A stretch of 63,838 nucleotides of DNA, filler included. It is 7 parts of 7 records of this genome, joined end to end, with 100 filler letters (N's around TTAATTAATTAA, not from the genome) between each part and the next. Parts side by side here need not be neighbours in the genome. Positions count along the whole stretch, not along the records: positions 58,821 to 63,838 come from SRR2962707_811; 6 more parts are not named here. The stretch is one strand, 5' to 3'. Each line of letters starts with the position of its first letter. The stretch's first letter is position 1. A model generated the notes under the pieces. The model did no database searches. It was not told the DNA's origin and saw only the letters and a list, made by a program, of their open reading frames with translations. This document shows, in pieces, positions 59,459 to 63,838 of this stretch. A program made the position numbers and the translations under genes.

Positions 59459-62400
59459 TCAAGTGAACCCGCTCTGCGCGAACATTTTCACACGCTCAAG
59501 ATCCCAGCACGTGACTCCGGTGGTGTGAAAATAATACGTTCGATACCTGGTGAACCCAGCAGAAAAAGCATTGTTCTTTCTAAGCCACAGAGAATCTGTG
59601 TCAAAATGACACAATGTAACCGAGCAACAGCACATTGCCGTACGTTTCTGCCTGACGCGACTTTTGCCACCCAGCGGGTAGCGTATAGGCATCTTCGTCT
59701 CGATGCCGTTGGTTGGCTGACAAATCTTTGCTTGGAGACGCACCGCCAACGTGCTGTGTGCAGCAGAACAAAAACTACATTGTCACCAAGGTCGAAAAGG
59801 GGCATGCCACCCACGCCAGAAAGAGGCAGAGGACGGCCCATACCAACTCCCAACCACGCTCGAGTCGACGTACTCTACTGCCAAAGGGAAGGGCCGAGGA
59901 TTGAGCCGCGGTAGCATTGGATGCCACCTCATTGTCGACTGCTGCCTGTTGCGCTTCTTTTCGAAGTGACAAGGCAAACAGTTGCAAAGAAGTCATTCCA
60001 CTAGTGTCATCGTCTATTTCCGCACTCAGCGGTTCCTCGCGTTGCTCTTCCGACTGTGCACGCTCGTCGCTTGCCTTTTCCGATGCTTCTACTGCTACTT
60101 CTTCTTCAACACCTGACGCAGTCCGGTCATCTGTGACCAGGGGGTCATCACATACCTCGTCTCTGTGCTCTTCCGACATATCTTCAGCACTATCCACGGT
60201 TTCTGCCAGAACCACTTCCTTGGCAAGGGGGCTAGCAGTGACTTCATGATAACTACTGCTTCCACTACTGCTTGCGTCGCTACCTTCACCTTCTTGCGCA
60301 ATTGCATCGGAGGGGGCGGCCAGAGCCACAGACAAACGTCGTTGATCGCTGTTGCAACCAATTTCGTCGTCGTCAACAGCAACACTATTTTCAGTCCCAT
60401 CAAAGTGGGCGCCCAGAAATTGTAGACGATGGCGCGGGGACGGTGAAGCGGCGCTTCGTGCTTGCGGCCGTGAGGGAGTGGTCGACGAGAGACGGGCAAT
60501 CACCAACGAAATTCCGGGCTTTTCTTTGATGGCGCGGGCAAAGTCCCGAGCATCGTCAATGTCCTACAGCAGAACCAGGGGAAATAAGACCGATATCAAA
60601 ATGCAGTTAACCCATTGGGCAACTCAAGGGACTGTATCACCAACCTCGGACCCATTCACGCTCACTATGATATCGTTCACCCGCATTCCACACTCGAAAG
60701 CGGATAACGTCTCTGCTTCGCCACGGAAGCCGTTGCTTGTACAGTTCTCGTGAGCACGCAGATACACTACGCGAAGAGATCGGCGGTGTAGTCGGTACCT
60801 GACGCAAGGTGGAGTTCAAAGGCATCTCATGCTCAAAAACGAAAAAACTGCATTCGAGGTGGGCAAATCGATGCAATGTTGCTGCAACACGACACGCACA
60901 AATTACGAGGTGGATTTCGAATTGGATTGAAGAAGTCAACGATAATGCCATGGTCACCGTTCGCACGCTGCCCCCCAGAAGAACCACTGTCAAGCTGCAC
61001 GTTAAGCGCAAATAGCTAAACCGTCACTGAATGAAGGTGCGAACATGAAGGCAAGCAGGGTGGGATAGAGGAGCGTGGCGGTGCAAGTCGAACCTCGACA
61101 TTGTAGTAGAGAACCTCCGTGGCATCACTTTCTGCAGCCGAAAACGAATTCTTCCAAAGCTGGAAAATACAAAAACGCACACGCGTGCAATAGGTGTCAC
61201 AGTTGCCGAACAAAGGAAAAACGCTTGCACACTTTTTCCTTGCGCCAAGAGGACGCACCTTTTCACAGCACAGCGTGTCTTTGAGTGAGAGGGCTCGGCT
61301 ATCTTCGTTGCCAGCGGCCAGCTACACGTCGGATGTCATCAAAAAAAGAAAAAGAAGAAAAAGAAAAAGGAGTGTAAGCAAAAAATCTCGAGAACAGAAA
61401 CAAACACATTGGTACCGAGCGGCAGAAAACATGCCGAAAACCACTCACCGAGAGGGTCTCTTCTGCAAAAACAAGATCAAAACTGTTTGGATACTTTGCG
61501 GCAAAGCTGCCCCCACTGGCCTGCGATGGCTCACGCACCTCGATGAGGGCTGGCATAATGAACGTTTTTTTTGGCTTTGCAGCCTACACACACAATCAAA
61601 ACACTGCTTTGAAATGCGGTGCATTTCGGGGCGCGATGCACCTACTTATTTATGATCGTATGAACAAGAAACATGGTCGCACCTCCGAATTTTCAGGAAA
61701 ATACGAAAGGGTCCGCCCGGAAAGAAGCAAAAACATAGACGAGCTTCGTAGAAGCATTCCTTGGCGACCTACGCAGTTGAAGTAAAATAATGTTTATTTT
61801 CAGTTGCAAAGAAATCAACCCACAGACAAGCGAGGCAATGCTTGTCGCAGGATCTGGGCCGAGGCAGGTCTGTGGAAACTCACAGTCATGCATGGTCAGA
61901 GTTGCCGCGCACACGTTTGTTCTCCACCTTTTCAGCACACCGGCCAAGACAACCGCCTTGTTGTTTCCAAAACAGCAAGCACAACACCGAGCAAATCCAT
62001 TGATTGAGATGATACAATGCACGTGTATACGACAGAGTGATGAGCCACGAAGAATCCGCACTGGCATGGGACCAACAAAACAAAGTCACAAACCTGCACG
62101 TCATCATCCGGGTCAACCGGAACGACCGATACTTTTGCCCCCCTGAATTGGAGGTCGATGCTGTGCCGCAAGTGACCCATGCTGGAATTGCTGGGGCTGG
62201 CACGACCCCAAGGCCTACAGCCATACGAATAGGTAAGAAAAACGCTTTCGCAAACCTCCTCTTTTCATAAACGCAGGCAAGTAACGTACGACGCATGCTG
62301 CATAACCGCCGAAGGGGCCGTGGCGTGAATGAAGTCCCCCATGTCCACACGCATGACCAGCGAATCGAATCTGTCATCTGAACGCCCACCTGTTTTTTTG

Positions 62401-63444
62401 AATATTTCAAGAGTGGTTCCTTGCAGCACCAATCGATGTGCTTTCGCGCTGCTCAGCGAGGTTCTTCGAGGACTACGTCCCATTCGCCCGGTTGACATGA
62501 AAAAAATCCCTGTTCTGTAAGTGGTCAGCAACAGCACAGACAAGGCTGAAACAACATGATCTCATTCGACCATCCGCTTGAATGACCCATTGAAATTTAA
62601 AGCGACGGACAGTGGAGGGCAAGCTTCTCCAGCAGTAGACGCCATTTGGTAATAGTCCAAGTAGTCCGCAGGTGGGCGTGAGATCACTCTGTCCTTTGCA
62701 GTGCTAGAACAACTATGGTCGCTGGGGGTTAAAACATCATCTGGAGCGAAAACGAAAGTAACGACATTACTCCCTGCACGTTCGCGAAGCAAACTTAATT
62801 TCACATTAGCCATTGCAGCATTTTTATTTTCGACTGACCCGATGTGTTTCCATCTTCGACATCTGCGCCGTTGATAGCTTGAACGAGCTCGAGATTGGAG
62901 TCCACCGCGTACAAATCTCTGAGACTATCTTGAGACTGAATCGCACGCTCCGGAGAGCTGGCAAACACAGAGTCGTCCTCACGCTTCAGACTCTTGACAC
63001 ATCGCCCAAGGGCTTCCACCCAGTTTTCACAGTCTATGCCCGTCTTAGCATGGATCTCGACTTCCAGATTCGACCTTAAAACATCAAATGACAAGACCCA
63101 CCAACAACGAAAGAGTTGTGATCGCAAATGCAAATCGTGGCAATTCCCACGCACAACGGCCATCAATCAAATACAAAGTAAAATGCCACTCACCCGTTAC
63201 GGATGAAAAACGAGTGCAGGCCACGAGAGTCTGAGTGTTCGTCGACAAAATCTACCACAGTGGACGGCAGCAGCTCAATTGCGCCTTTGCGGGTCGTCTT
63301 GGTGGGGTCTGTCCAGTACTCGAGCAACGAGCGGTAGAGGACGAACCACCGGTTGTGCTTGCTGCCCAGCTGCTGCACGCCGTCACGCTTTGTGGGCGAC
63401 TTCTTCAGCCAGCCCTGCTTGATCACCATCGCGCGGTTGGCCAT
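59459..63444 (-). CDS. Multi-exon PH-domain protein with a C-terminal WW domain (internal exon structure only partly resolved)
   Basis: Exon 1 KQGWLKKSP...RWFVL...LEYW...KGAIEL ends at a gtgagt donor. The next exon holds the PH C-terminal helix (CENWVEAL). An acidic low-complexity exon lies at ~59870-60560. Removing intron 59547-59643 gives LPAGWQKSRQAET/YRTYYFHTTGVTCWD. Confidence 0.65.
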
Positions 63445-63838
63445 GGAGAGGGCACACCCTCGCCGTCAAGCGGGGCAGCTGCTCTGGATTTCGAGTGAGT
63501 CACGCAGCGACGTGCCTCATTGTTTAGCGTTTCGCTTAGGATTTTGGTCTTTTCTTATCGACAACAGTCAGACCAAGCCGCCACTCGCTTGCTTCAGAGT
63601 GCGGGCCCATGACTCACAAGTTGGTCTCGAGCCGAAAACAAAAACAAAAACAAAGACGAAAACGAAAAACAAACACAAACACAAAAGCAAAAACAAAAAC
63701 GTACGAAGGGCAATAGTGAGGCGAGGACGGCGGTGAGAGCGAGAAAGCGAGAGTTCGTGAAGAGAGAGTGTTACAAAGCGAAGAAGGAGGAGTGTAGTCT
63801 TTCAGAGAGTGCTGTGAGTGAGTGAGTGAGTGAGTGAG

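Noticed and set aside
63815-63838. (GAGT)n at contig ends as a telomere repeat
   Set aside because: The unit is not a known G-rich telomere repeat, and other contigs break at different microsatellites, which fits assembly breaks.

Overview
This window is not one locus. It is seven unrelated contigs joined by 100-nt artificial linkers (44 N + TTAATTAATTAA + 44 N) at 8010-8109, 13339-13438, 21519-21618, 28972-29071, 42316-42415 and 58721-58820. Five contigs are eukaryotic, probably from a flagellated protist. They encode a 5'-partial giant Cys-rich/thrombospondin-type-3 membrane protein, a multi-exon SLC49/DIRC2-like MFS transporter convergent with a ZNG1/CobW GTPase, a secreted tenascin-type EGF-repeat protein, a DNAH1-like axonemal dynein heavy chain, a glutathione-peroxidase last exon and a multi-exon PH...WW protein. 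Contig 13439-21518 is rhizobial alphaproteobacterial (argB to dapD region). Contig 42416-58720 is Bacteroidota: pth, a T9SS M4 protease, a TPR hybrid two-component regulator with a small operon, and a sulfur-assimilation operon. The most notable signal is layered regulation of that sulfur operon, which the ORF track misses. A SAM-I riboswitch abuts a 26-aa leader ending MCCCCC upstream of metZ. A second 32-aa leader (CCMCMYMC) is translationally coupled to the metZ stop and overlaps mutually exclusive antiterminator/terminator hairpins in front of the sulfite reductase-siroheme-cysH genes. A bipartite motif at identical spacing in two promoters also suggests a regulon for the hybrid regulator. 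All family calls come from motif recognition only; no database searches were run.
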